DNA of 57,817 nucleotides, counting the filler, from Dugesia japonica (lineage: Eukaryota): the NCBI GenBank assembly GCA_001938525.1. It is 4 parts of 4 records of this genome, joined end to end, with 100 filler letters (N's around TTAATTAATTAA, not from the genome) between each part and the next. Parts side by side here need not be neighbours in the genome. Positions count along the whole stretch, not along the records: positions 37,711 to 48,535 come from MQRL01638603.1; positions 48,636 to 57,817 come from MQRL01580490.1; 2 more parts are not named here. One strand, written 5' to 3'. The notes below the pieces were generated by a model. That model was not told where the DNA came from, did no database searches, and was given only the letters and a program-made list of their open reading frames with translations. A program made the position numbers and the translations under genes. Below, piece after piece: positions 37,975 through 51,330 of the stretch; the stretch's first letter is position 1; every line of letters starts with the position of its first letter.

Positions 37975-39450
37975 GTGATACCGAGTTGCGGATATGGAAA
38001 GCACCGGAGCGTATTCCAAGTAAATTATCGGAATCAAAAATTTGATGAAAATATTTCGAAGGATAATACCTATGAGCAGGAGGGCAGAAGTGAAGTTGAT
38101 TGCTATGGTTACCAACAAATGAGAGCACAACAGTGCGCGAATAACCAACAATTTAATAAATATCAAAGTGATGACGAAATACAATCTAGGAAAGGAGAAA
38201 AATTAAACGAATATCGGACTGAAGAGGAGCAACGTTACCTATCCGAAAACGCGAGAGTACGGGGGAACGGTAAAGCATGGAAGCAGTTATGGCAGACAAG
38301 TTGCGAGACAGTGAAGCGAGATTTAATTTTTTATCCAAATAATGAATTACAAAGAATTTGCAGACAACACGACTTCGAGGAACTCAAACTACAAGTTTTG
38401 GCAAAGCATGAGGCTAAAAAGAAATCTTGTGGAATAACGGATAACGAAATTATTGGAACGGCGCCAGATGGTAGGGTGATACTAAAAAAGTTTACAATTA
38501 ACGGTAGAGAAATAGATTGTATGCTCGATACCGGGGCGTGTAAATCTATAATCGTCGAACGAGTATTGTATGAAGTAGATAAAGCTAGAATGCGTAAAGA
38601 AGGAATCCAAATGCTGACAGTAACCGGACAAGCCGTAAATGCAATGGGTGAACTGGATTGTAGAATGCAGTGTGGAAATGTTCGATTTATGCATCCGATG
38701 CAAGTAATGCAGAATTTATTTTTTGATTGTATTGTGGGATTGGAAATGATGGGAAGGCTATTTCCCGATGGAAAATTAGATTTGAATTTGTGTCAACAAC
38801 CGAATGGAAGTAAATTATCAAAGACTCAGACAAAATGTGTACATTGCGATAAACTAGGTCATCTATCGAGTCAATGTTGGAACGTTGGAAATAACCCAAC
38901 CTGGTGTATAAATTGTCAAAGACCGGACCATACAACTAAAGAATGTCGCAGGAAAGGCAAATACTGTGTAACTTGTGGTAAAAAGGGGCATTCCGAAATG
39001 GAATGCGAGAGATTGAATCGATGTTATGTGTGTGGTTTAATAGGAAATTTATCAAGAGAGTGTAGGAGACGAGTTGAACTCCAACTAGACCTCGGCAATA
39101 CAGTTAGAATTCCGCGAACAAAGAAGAAGGATTATGTTTGTTATAACTATTCTGAGGCTGGGGATCGAATACTAATAGACCTAAAAATTGATGGTAGGAT
39201 ATTATCAGCGTTNNNNNNNNNNNNNNNNNNNNNNNNNNNNNNNNNNNNNNNNNNNNNNNNNNNNNNAGTGGCCATATATTACACAGAATAAATCAGAAAT
39301 ATTCTTAGCGAATGGATGGCAACCGAAGTGTATGGCAAATTACGATGTGAAGTTGAGTATCAGGGGAGAACAGTATCGCATGAAATGACAGTAATGAACA
39401 TGAGTGAGNATTGTATATTGGGAACGGATTTAATGCCGTTATTGATGAAA
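37975..39450 (+). CDS. Gag/protease region: retropepsin 1, four CCHC knuckles, retropepsin 2
   Basis: INGREIDCMLDTGA..CIVGLE; CVHCDKLGHLSSQC, CINCQRPDHTTKEC, CVTCGKKGHSEMEC, CYVCGLIGNLSREC; KIDGRILSA[N gap]..LANG..CILGTD. Confidence 0.85.
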
Positions 39451-39949
39451 AATGTAATCTTGGATATGACCACATTGAAAATATCGAATTCTAGAGACAA
39501 TTTATATGTGGAAGATAACGAAGTATATACGAATAAAAAATTGGTGATACCAAGGAGAAGTCAAGTATTTTGTATTGCAAAAACCCGAGCCAATTGTAAA
39601 GAAAATATGATTTTTGAACCGCACAAGGGATTCTCGAAACGATATAAATTGCCTGCGGCAAAGGAACTAGTAAAAGTGTCTGACGAGGGCAAAGTGCCAG
39701 TGAATGTCTTAAATATGACAGAGGAAGACATTACTATTTATCCAAATTCCAAAATCGGAGTATTAACCTCACTGGTAGACGAAGAGACGGAAATGAATAA
39801 TGTGGGAAATAATGATTATGAGAAATTGAAAGGAGAAATGGCGAAGAAAATGGAAATCGAGTTACCGACAAATTCAGAAGAAGTAGATCGGACGTTTAAA
39901 GTGGAATCAACGATTTTATCAGCAGCTGAAAAAGTTGAATTATTACAAC

Positions 39950-40690
39950 TATTGGAAAAATTCAGAGATATTTTGGCGTGGACAGACAATGAATTAGGTA
40001 CGTGTGCGGTGACCAAGCACTCAATAGTACTAACAGACAAAACACCAATAAAGTTGCGAACTTACAAACAAGCCGAAGCCAACCGAAAGATCTGTGAAGA
40101 GAAAATTGACGAGATGCTAAAATGTAAAGTAATCGAGCCAAGTTGTTCGCCGTGGCAATTCCCAGTGGTATTGGTGAAAAAAAAGATGGAACAATGAGAT
40201 TCTGTATTGATTACAGACAGTTAAACGCGAAAACGAAAAAGGATACCTATCCGTTACCAGACATAAACGATATGCTAACGTTATTGTATAATGTAAAGAT
40301 ATTTTTGACACTAGATCTACGGAGCGGATATTGGTAAATCGAAATAGAGGAAGCAGACAAAGAGAAAACCGCATTTCCCGCTTGTAAGGATTTATATCAA
40401 TTGTTACGAATGCCGTTTGGATTGACAAACGCGCCTGCATCCTTTCAGAGATGCATGAATTTTGTGACACATAGTATACCTCAGTGTAGATGATTTATTG
40501 ATATTTTCCGTTACCTTTGAAGAACATTTAAAGGATTTGAGAAATGTATTTGTACGAATTAGAGAATGGAAACTACGAGTGAAACCTACGAAGTGTGAAT
40601 GAGCGAAAAATCAGGTGACTTATTTGGGGCATCTGATATCAGACAAAGGAAAACAACCGGACCTGACGAACATTGAGAAAATTACAGGCA
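39950..40690 (+). pseudogene. Gypsy reverse transcriptase, frameshifted
   Basis: [69 protein letters not shown]. Confidence 0.93.
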
Positions 40691-41760
40691 AATCGGATAG
40701 CCAGATCGGCAATGAAGTTACAAGAATATGCACCGTTGGTCAAATACAAAACTGGGAAAGCAAATTCAAATGCAGATTATATGTCAAGAGCAAAATTTAC
40801 AGATGAACCAGAGGAAGTGGTAGAAAATAAAGCAACCGGAGGTGAATGGATAAACTTACAGCAATTAATGAATCGGGACATACGATCTCTATGTATGATA
40901 TTGGCGGAGAATAAAGATTTCACCGGATTAAAAAGGGATCAGGACGATGACGGGGAAGTGAAAATAATCTTAGAGTATATATCTCACTTTGACTTGAGTA
41001 AAGTGGAGTGTAACAAAGCGATGAAGGAACATTTAAAGAAACGAGGTGGCAAATATATCGTGGTAAATGAATGGTTAATGATGAAGGAAGATGATCAACT
41101 GTTATTAGTAATACCAAAATGTAGAAGAGCAAAAATACTTGAACAATATCATAACGGGGTTCTTGCAAGTCATATGTCAGCAAAGAAAACTGAATCCAAA
41201 TTACGAGCAAAATATTATTGGCCTCATATTACGACATGTGTGAGAGAGTGGATTAGTAAATGCGAGATTTGTGCGGCAAAGAAAGGAACTGGAAAGAAAT
41301 TTAAAGTTCCGTTACAATCAATACCAGTGCCAGCGGCCCCAATGGACATAATTGCAATGGACATAATCAGGCCATTCCCACCAACAGATAGTGGAAAAGT
41401 GTATATCTTGATAGTAGTGGATTATTTATCAAAGTTTCCCGAGGCATTTGCGTTAAAGGATCAGAAAGCGTTGACAATCGCACGAGTGTTAGTAGACAAA
41501 TTATTCAGTCGATACGGCCCACCGAGAAAGATATTGACAGATCAAGGAAAAAATTTCATGAGTGAATTAATGAAAGAGGTGACTAGTTATTTTATTATTC
41601 ATAAAGTACGAACATCAGCGTATTATCCACAAACGGATGGAATGACGGAACGATTTAATCAGACATTCACTTGAATGTTATCGAGTTACGCGACGAGATC
41701 CCAGAGAGATTGGGACAAACATTTGAATTTATGTTTACTTGCAGAATGTAATATGCCAAT
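40690..41760 (+). CDS. RNase H C-terminus and integrase
   Basis: KYKTGKANSNADYMSR; YH..ASH..YYWP..CEIC; IAMDII, VVDYLSKF, LTDQGKNF, YYPQTDGMTERFNQT. Confidence 0.93.
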
Positions 41761-41914
41761 AGACTTGGAGCATCAGCCACCGATATCGCAGTACATGGAC
41801 TGAATAAATTTAAATCTGATACTGAATAAATTAAAAGTAAAATAGGGACTAATTTGTAAACTTGTTTTTGAATGGATCACTGTAGTATTCTTATCGTAGT
41901 ATGTATTTAGTAAA

Positions 41915-42430
41915 ATGGATCAGAAACGGATAACAATGAATGGACAGTTAACAGTAAATGTAGATCTAGACGACGTCGACAGAACAAACACGGAGGAACC
42001 AGTACAAACTTATACCCAACTGCTTAATCAACCTGTAAATCCTTATTTTTCAATGGAAAATTTGTGGGACGAACATTGCAGAAGCGTAATGAGAAATTCA
42101 GATGTACTGAATGAGCAATTACAACAGACCCGACAATTAAATGCGACCCTTGTGGAGAATCAAAATTTCCATATAATGCAGGTACACCGATTGAACAAAA
42201 TAGTGGAGAATCAGAGACGACAGATTACGGAGAATCAGAATTTTTACCTACAAGCCCTGAATGGAACTAACAAAATCGTGGAGGATTTGAGACACCAAGT
42301 GGAGAAGTTACAAACGTATAATGCAGAATTTATCCTATCCCAAATTAACCGATTACCGAGCGTATCTACAATCCTAAACACTATCGAGATAAGTGAGAGG
42401 ATGTGGTATGGAGAAAAGAGTAATGTATGA
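41915..42430 (+). CDS. Extra coiled-coil ORF downstream of integrase (171 aa, internal VENQ..NKIVE repeat)
   Basis: Intact ORF, Q/N/E-rich heptad pattern, same base composition as the element. Confidence 0.55.
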   Translation: MDQKRITMNGQLTVNVDLDDVDRTNTEEPVQTYTQLLNQPVNPYFSMENLWDEHCRSVMRNSDVLNEQLQQTRQLNATLVENQNFHIMQVHRLNKIVENQRRQITENQNFYLQALNGTNKIVEDLRHQVEKLQTYNAEFILSQINRLPSVSTILNTIEISERMWYGEKSNV

Positions 42431-42976
42431 CAATGGATGCCAAGTTGTAGAGTATTGTAGATTATATGTGTTAAATAGTAACTGTATTACTATGCAAAAA
42501 AAAAATAAAATAAAACTTGTATTTCAAAATCGAAAACAGTAAAAGTATCATAAAAGTATATCGAAAGTAATATCTATTTAATCATTGCGTATGCCGAACA
42601 ATTCCATTTGTATATAAAATGTCTGAGTATTTTTAAAGATTGTGGAGTTGTGTAGTGGAGATAATAGCAATAAGGAGTTAAGTTTGGAACGGAGATCAGT
42701 CACAGAATTCCAATCGATTAATCAAAGGATGAAGCATGATAAGGTGTNATATGTAAATGGCTCAGTAGGAGTGGCAGATGGTGTATCTACGAGTGTGATA
42801 CCCGGTAAATTGTAAATAAACAGTATAATACAATAAAAGTAATGACGGTAACAATACTAAACAATTTGTAAATATCAGCCGCAGTTAACATTTGATTAAC
42901 CAGTATATTTTATAATCAGTACTCGCAATGTCTTGATGTGTAAATATTCCATATTACCTATATTTTAATTAAGAGA

Positions 42977-43684
42977 ATGGCATCCAGATATCAACACAGT
43001 ATGAACCAGCAACGAGTTGCGATTAAAAGATGTTACGAGAGAAGCAACCGAATCAGCAACGACAACTCCCGTCTATATTGCGGATCGAAAATCAATGAGA
43101 CTAAAACGAGTGAACAGCTAAGCGGTGGTGAGTCCCCGACATTACAGTCAAAGATACTTGAATTAGAGAATCAAGTAGAGAAGTTGGAAATCAAGTTGAA
43201 ACAATCACAGTCCAAACCCCAAAGTCACGAGTTACGAATGGATGAAAAAGAACAATCTCGAGCTCAGTGGAAAAAGGCATGTTTGGCCAAAGAAGAGAAA
43301 ATACATCAACTAAAAATGGGGTGGTCATCCCTGCGAAAAAGACAACTTGCTCAGGTCAAAGAATTGGAAACGGGGATTAAGTGGCAGAGCAAGAAAATAA
43401 AAATACTCGAGAAAACCGTGGAAAATAATAACGAAATCAGAATTATAAATCAACGAACTCACCAAGAGCAGACAAATAAATTGCAAGAAACAATCGAGCG
43501 ATTAATGAAAAAAAGACGAAATCAACAATCACAAAGAGAACAAGATGTAATAGAAATTCAAAACTTAGAAAATGCAGTAAAGCATCTGCACGGTGAGAAT
43601 GTTCTCTTGAAGGAAACCCCAATTCGAGTAGTGGTCAAATTAAAACTACAAATCGAGAGCAAATTTTTTATACCTATAAAATGA
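42977..43684 (+). CDS. Second extra coiled-coil ORF downstream of integrase (235 aa)
   Basis: Intact ORF, K/E/Q-rich heptads, no transmembrane segment. Confidence 0.55.
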   Translation: MASRYQHSMNQQRVAIKRCYERSNRISNDNSRLYCGSKINETKTSEQLSGGESPTLQSKILELENQVEKLEIKLKQSQSKPQSHELRMDEKEQSRAQWKKACLAKEEKIHQLKMGWSSLRKRQLAQVKELETGIKWQSKKIKILEKTVENNNEIRIINQRTHQEQTNKLQETIERLMKKRRNQQSQREQDVIEIQNLENAVKHLHGENVLLKETPIRVVVKLKLQIESKFFIPIK

Positions 43685-46600
43685 ATGGGCGACCAGTAGT
43701 CCCGCAAATCAGCCTATTAGACCAAAGAGCGAATCAAAAAAAGAAAGACCAAGTATCTCAATATCCCCGTTAACTTCCCAATCTAAGTGAATCCAATCAA
43801 TGGCCATATTCAGCGTCCGAAGAGGATCTGTTCTTGGGTCGATAACTTCTTCGTGTCAAGCAGTTCTATGCTGCTGTAAACTATGTAACTATTTTTCGTG
43901 ATGTGTGAATCTATTCATATTTGTGTCTCTGACAATTCCTATACCCAAATGTGCTCTGACAGTCCAATACTGTTCATTGGGTCCTCTCGTGTGTATTCTG
44001 CCGTCTGGGTTGTCAATCTATCCCGAATCAATTATGTCAACCACGAGAAGGTATAAACAAGTAGACTTTATGATTGTTGGATGATCCTATGGCGAAGAGA
44101 ATCTGACATTGTTTTATTATATTAAAGTGATCCGGTTATTTATAATGACAATTATGACGTAAGCAGTGAATATATAATTTGATTCAATGGAGAAGTTGTG
44201 TTTAAATTTGCATGTTTATTTATCATATTTGATCGGAATAATGTATTTCAATTGTTTTGTTATTTTTTTTTCTTATCTGTGTTTACTTTATGACCTATCA
44301 GAATCTTGCTTGAGACAACTTTCTGACCAGAGTATGATAATCGAGCTCCCTAGACCCAGTGTTCGTTAAAGGTGTATGATGAAACTGAGAAGAATGGAAG
44401 ACAAGAATAATAAAAGAATATATTGAGAAATTCCGGGGCGGAATTTTTTCGAGGCCCCCAGTATTTTGTTGGGCTAGAGCACCAAAAATGGTAAAATAAT
44501 AAAGGATGCAAAGATTGGTAAAAGACGCTGAAAAAAAAGAAAAGTAATTATAANNNNNNNNNNNNNNNNNNNNNNNNNNNNNNNNNNNNNNNNNNNNNNN
44601 NNNNNNNNNNNNNNNNNNNNNNNNNNNNNNNNNNNNNNNNNNNNNNNNNNNNNNNNNNNNNNNNNNNNNNNNNNNNNNNNNNNNNNNNNNNNNNNNNNNN
44701 NNNNNNNNNNNNNNNNNNNNNNNNNNNNNNNNNNNNNNNNNNNNNNNNNNNNNNNNNNNNNNNNNNNNTATAATAAGTTATTAAAGAGGTCTCTGCGACC
44801 CAATTTCATTATTATAATAACGCTGTATAGCGTTTAATATTAATTATTATATTTAATTAAGTCTGATCCAGTCATCATGCCTTGTTTAGCTGAAGAAAAA
44901 TCATCAGCAGATTAGCTGAATCATTTCGCGCTAAACCAGGACTTAGTAGCATTAACATTCGATTATTCAGAGGTCATATGAGGTGACCTGCTGAATAATT
45001 TTGAAGTAAATAAAGTTTGTGTGCACAATCTCTCACTGAGATGAAAATGAAAAGATGCACAACAACACAACAACCAATCAGAAATCCGGATTAGACGAAA
45101 AACGACTACGATTGGTAAGCAAATAACCAATTCCAAGTTGGGGTGCAAACGAGAAATAAAACTTGTTTGCACTGAAAAATTGGTCAGAAAAATTACCATA
45201 TAATTTTGTGATTAAAAAATTTTCAATTAGAATTCGTTACTATTATATAGTAAATTACTATTAAATAAAATTTTGTGAAAAAGTTATAATTGCTACTATT
45301 ATATATCAAGTTTTGCAAGATAATTTTGCCAGTTAAAAAGAAGCCCAACAATTAAAAGTAAATTTTATTTATTTCGTTAATATTAATATGGTAAATCTTC
45401 TATAATCTATCCTTAAATTCGAGTGCCCGTCGACCGAGAAGCCAATAAAAGTCGACGAATGGATTGTATGAAAGCAATACCAGTGACCTGAGAGGTGCGA
45501 CTGGTTGTGGTAATTGTTAAGGTGTGGAATAAGTCGATATGCATAAGAGAGTCCAGTGCCTGCAAGTTCGGATATGTAATGTTTCTGAGAATCGAATATG
45601 AATGAATAATTATCGTTGGAGTGAACGAGGTTTGGCTTTGGGAGCTCGATTACGAGGATTTACAAGCTGGTTCTTGTTAATTAAAATTATTACTTTTAGA
45701 TTATTTTCGAATTTGTGGTTTGGTTTAAATTTTAAATGAATTTTTAGCTTTGAATTCTCTTAAGATTTGTTTTTCTTGTGTAATTTAATAATTTACCGAT
45801 TGGTTTGGTGTGATTTAAAAGAATTATCAGCTTTTAATTTTCGTAAAAACTTTTGTCTTTTTGTATAAATTAATAATTTACAGAAAATATCATGTTTAGA
45901 ATGGAACAATGTTATTTTTTAATTTTTCCATTATTGATTAAAGAAATTTTACTAGCAAGTAATTATAACGTAATCATGATTAACGATAAATTTTACAATT
46001 TGACTGTATTTTGCATTTCTTAGGGAACTGACTGATAAGGAGTTCTTGTTAGATCTTCGAAATAGTGGGAACTAGGAAAGATGGCTGCGTTGGTGGACAT
46101 TTAGATATGTCCCTAGACAGGTACATACAATAAAATTATTAGAAACATGAGCGGTAAATTTAAAGCTAGCAGTTCGAATACCAAATCCTAAAAACCTAAC
46201 AAATATATAAAAGACAAATGAAAAGACTAATCAAAACCTAAAATTTATTGTTGATAAAACAGATGATCACAGTCATTATGAACAGTTGTTTAAATCTTGA
46301 TCTAAATTGTAAATTAGATTTTAATAGTACAAGTTAATTAGTTTAAATAACAAAATAAATTACCTGTAGATAAGTTTCTTTAAAAGTAAGTTATATCATT
46401 AAATTTAATTACTGAATTCAATTAAAATCATTAAATTAAATAAAAATTATTAAGTTAAAATTTGATAATATTATGAAAATTTTATATTATTACAATAAAA
46501 ATTATAATGATAGTTAACTTAACGATTTAAATAAAATGAAATTATAATCAAATTAAAATAAAATCATTTACTTATAATTATTAAAGAAAATCATTAATTT

Positions 46601-47875
46601 AAAATTTAATCTTAATAAATCTAACCTCTATTCATAAATTCCTTTGTCATATTGACAGAAAATTTCTTAGACACATCATTATTTTCAGTCTAAAAGATAA
46701 ATCAATAACAATAAAGTAATTAATTAAACTTACCATGTTAAGGCTTCTCGTCATGTTTGTTGAAATATTTTTCTTTGAGTTCATTTTGTTTGTATCTAGA
46801 ATAAAAAAAATCATCAAAATAAATTAACAAAGAAATAGTCACTTACTTTGTAATTGAATTTTGAAATAATGAGAAATTATTAATTTTTCAAGGTCATCTA
46901 CCATTTTATTTATTAACCTTAGTTAAACAAAAATAAATAAATAATTTCTATATAATAATTAATTTTATTTACCCACACAAAAATTAATTTATTGATAATT
47001 CAAAATTTAATAATTATTAATTTATTAAAATTAAATTATCTTATAAACTTTAAAATCATTTTCAAACCGATAAAATCTTATAAAACTCTATAAGAAACTA
47101 TATACATAACCTATAAAATCCAATAATATTCCAAAGAAACCTTATTAAAACTTTGATTTACCGTGCATTTTCATTGTTTCCATTGCATTAAAGTTGCTCA
47201 AATATGACTCACGTTCTTTGTATAATTGAATTCATGTCGTATTTTCTTTGTTATAGTTGAATTCAATTTGCATTTTCCTAATTATAGTTGCTTTCATGTT
47301 ACTTTTCTTAATTATAGCTGTATTTTCCTTTTTTGTTTTATTAAATGGTTGATATTTGTAAGAATTGTAAAATTTGTTTTACTTTTGTTCGTTTTTTAAA
47401 AATTTTATTTAAACTTTTTTTTAAAAATTTTTTTAAAAGTTTTTTTTTGATATTTTAATTCCACATTTTTTTCTTAAATTTGTTTTAAGAAACTATCTTT
47501 TTAATTTCAAAAATTATTTTCCTTATGAAATTTTTTTTTGTATTTAAAAATTATTCTTTTTTAATTCAAAATTTTTTTTGGTTTTTTTTGCAGTTTTTGT
47601 TTTGTTTTAAAAAATGTTTTTTTGAAAAAACTTTTTTATTGTTTTATAAATTTTGCAAATTCACAATGAATCAAAATTTGATTCCAACTGACTTTTCTCA
47701 GTTTCTTACAATATAAACATATATACTTAAAGAACATTTGATAACTAATTTAAAATTTGTAAAACATTCTTTAAAATTTTGATTCTATATTTTATCGGTC
47801 AATTTTTAAAAGTAATTGTATGATTTGGGAAATATTTGATTATGAAATATGATTAGAAATAAAGTATTTATTGTA

Positions 47876-47921
47876 GCATCGGTGGTTCAGTGGTAGAATG
47901 CTCGCCTGCCACGCGGGCGAC
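47876..47921 (+). tRNA. trnG-GCC: tRNA-Gly(GCC), 3' part hidden in N gap
   Basis: GCATCGGTGGTTCAGTGGTAGAATGCTCGCCTGCCACGCGGGCGAC matches the canonical eukaryotic tRNA-Gly 5' half. Confidence 0.92.
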
Positions 47922-48235
47922 NNNNNNNNNNNNNNNNNNNNNNNNNNNNNNNNNNNNNNNNNNNNNNNNNNNNNNNNNNNNNNNNNNNNNNNAAAAACAC
48001 TTGATAACTAATTTAAAATTTGTAAAACATTCTTTAAAAATTCGATTCTATATTTTATCGGTCAATTTTAAAAAGTAATTGTATGATTTGGGAAATATTT
48101 GTTTTGTGTAAAATTTTGCAAATTCACAATGAATCAATATTTGATTCCAACTGAATTTTCTCAGTTTCTTGAAATAATAAATTTTTCAAAGCGCGTGTTT
48201 TAAATCTATATTAATTTTTGATATTATTTAATTGA

Positions 48236-48535
48236 ATGGATTCAAATCAAGTTGCAGTTATTTCTCTTTTATCTGAACAATTGAGATTTATGAACTCCAT
48301 ATTATGTAAATCATTTGAAATAAATGGAGGTTCTTCAAGCATTGCCGCTTCTCCGCCGGTGGTTAATTCAAAGGATTATGATTTGTTTTCTTCTTCTCAA
48401 AACAGTCGTCCTTTTAGATATCATAAGTCTACTTTAGATTTGTTTAATGAAAAATTTTTATATTTGGAGAAAGAATTTAATGAAATGAAGTTAGTTATTA
48501 ATAATTTGAATAAATGTTTTATTAATAATTACACT
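48236..48535 (+). CDS. Unknown ORF start, truncated by scaffold end
   Basis: 100 open codons from ATG ending in a short coiled-coil-like stretch; no recognisable motif. Confidence 0.3.
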
Positions 48536-48635
48536 NNNNNNNNNNNNNNNNNNNNNNNNNNNNNNNNNNNNNNNNNNNNTTAATTAATTAANNNNNNNNN
48601 NNNNNNNNNNNNNNNNNNNNNNNNNNNNNNNNNNN
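48536..48635. other. Artificial scaffold linker
   Basis: N44-TTAATTAATTAA-N44. Confidence 0.97.
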
Positions 48636-50093
48636 ATAATCAATAATATAATTGATTCGAAAAAATTAATACCCCACATTCAATACATACACGTGATTGA
48701 TATGAAAACTATTTATTCGAAAACCTTAGGACGCGCGTGAGAAGTTATAGTAAAAATTGATTGCTGTCACTCTACATACAAATTACTAATTAATTATAAT
48801 GATTACACTGGTTATACATTAAAATTTAAACTAAGTAACAACAAATTCTGAATTTAAAGGTATTGTAAATTACTATTAGTGGTAAAAAACAATAATAGTA
48901 ATTGAGAAGCATTGAAATTCGCATCAAAATAAATTATTCCCAACGGTAACTATTTAAATTCTTTGACAAAATATAAAGCGAGAAATTATTAGCAGTGCAT
49001 GAGTTATTTTTTAGAAAACAAATACAATTTATTGAAAAAATTTTCATTATTTAAAATACTTGATTAAAAAAGAAAAATTCAAATTTGCTTCCTACATTCA
49101 TTCATGTCTGCAGCAATAACAAAATAGAAACGACGGCAAATAACCGCTAAAAATATTGTAATGGCCACCTGTGTTACAGAACCCCTGCTTTTGAGTATCA
49201 GAAAAATGATGTTTCCCACTATTATTTACATATAATTTTATNNNNNNNNNNNNNNNNNNNNNNNNNNNNNNNNNNNNNNNNNNNNNNNNNNNNNNNNNNN
49301 NNNNNNNNNNNNNNNNNNNNNNNNNNNNNNNNNNNNNNNNNNNNNNNNNNNNNNNNNNNNNNNNNNNNNNNNNNNNNNNNNNNNNNNNNNNNNNNNNNNN
49401 NNNNNNNNNNNNNNNNNNNNNNNNNNNNNNNNNNNNNNNNNNNNNNNNNNNNNNNNNNNNNNNNNNNNNNNNNNNNNNNNNNNNNNNNNNNNNNNNNNNN
49501 ATCTACGCCTTAGTTTATTTTCGTAATTTTGAAAATATTTAATTGTTTTATAATTTTATTCATATTATTTACATATTTAAATATGATTTATTGATTATTA
49601 TGTGCAACTTAGTCTTGACTGCGGGCCCAACTTATAACTGGAATTTAAAAACAGTATAAAGAGAAAATTTTATGGCTGTTGGGAGCGTATTAGTATTGTA
49701 ATAGATCTTCATAAATCAGATATAAATATTAAAACACTATAATATCAATATTTGGGCAAATATCAGATGTCGCTACATGAAATATACTTCCCAGTGTGAA
49801 TCAGATATATTCTTGTTCGTGTTTTTGATTTAATAAACTTCATTTTAGAGAATAGCTGCTCGCATTAATAAGTCATTCCAAATAACACTATTTTCTGTTG
49901 AGCAAAAGATGCCAGTTTCGGATGTTTCTTTCAACTAAATCATTTCCATTTGCTGAGAGGAACTTGTTTCAAATAAACAATAAATGGTGATGAAACTATT
50001 TTCAAACTTGCTTCTAGGCAGCGAAAATCTTGAAATCTTCGATAAAAAATTATAATTCGTTCGCAAATGTTTCAAAAGCTATTATGTTTGTTA

Positions 50094-50400
<307 letters not shown>

Positions 50401-50559
50401 ATTTTTTTGCAACGTAGAATTCAATTTGTAACATTTCGTTAAAGCTCTTCTATGGGGTTTCCTCTAGTGTCATTTTTTCCTTTCCTTAGCTAACACAATT
50501 CCGGTNNNNNNNNNNNNNNNNNNNNNNNNNNNNNNNNNNNNNNNNNNNNNNNNNNAACC

Positions 50560-51330
50560 TTATTTCAATACCGAAAATATCGCTATTGGAATCTCTAAAC
50601 GCACTTCGTGGTAAAAAGTAATATCTTCATAATCGGAATGAACAACTTGTGNAAATACTCGAAATTGACGGCGATTTAACGAAATTACAAAAAGAAACTA
50701 CTGCATTCATCACGTGCTGAAATTTAATTGATTTTCCACATAATGCAGGGAAAATTTCCTAAATCTTTGATATTTTACAATTTTTTTGCAAAATTATGAT
50801 TTTAACTCACATAGCTGGAGAAATTCCATTTAAACTCCTCCAACTAAGCTCAAACTGATTAAAATCTGTTTCTAGTTCTTCACAAATGTTTCCTGAATAT
50901 TATTTATTGATTGTAAAGCAAATAACTCTTTATAAGTATTCAACGCCTTGGTTAAAGAACCCTAATCTAGCTGTATCGGTACGTCGTGTTACAGTTCATT
51001 TTTTGCTTTTTCCCGACATAAGGACTGTATTTAACAAGAGATCACCTCATTATGTTTAGCAATTTACTCACTGACAAACTAGTTTGCTGGAAAAGTATTT
51101 ATCTTTTATGTTATCTTTTCTTTCTTGGTCTGTGAGATTGTTGTATAAATTGCATGTTTCTAGGTATATTTTGCAAGTTTTAAATGAGATTCTTTCAGCA
51201 CCAATAAAGAACTCCAAGACAAATAATTAAACAAAGAGGTTTCCATTAGAAATGAACAATCATCGATCCACGTGTTTCTATACTTTCCCATTTTGTTTTG
51301 TTATATTAATGATAATTTGAATAGATTTAT
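50560..51330 (-). mobile_element. hAT (SPIN/GTF2IRD2-like) transposase relic
   Basis: TWIDD..PLCL..VLKE, ELFAL, LSWRSLNGI, ALCGKS..HVMNAVV, LNRRQF, YEDI..HEVR; fragmented. Confidence 0.7.

Larger units (their letters stand above)
37711..44460 (+). mobile_element. Ty3/Gypsy LTR retrotransposon internal region, 5'-truncated by the scaffold edge, defective
   Basis: PR-CCHC-PR-RT-(RNase H mostly deleted)-IN order, then extra ORFs. ccggggcggaatttttt motif near 44433 resembles a pre-LTR signal. Confidence 0.9.

Noticed and set aside
37783-41210. Minus-strand ORFs overlapping the Gypsy gag-pol region
   Set aside because: Antisense shadows of the plus-strand coding sequence.
44800-46300. GC-richer blocks that might be the Gypsy 3' LTR or the start of another element
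   Set aside because: No second LTR copy in the window, and no convincing PBS or protein motif.
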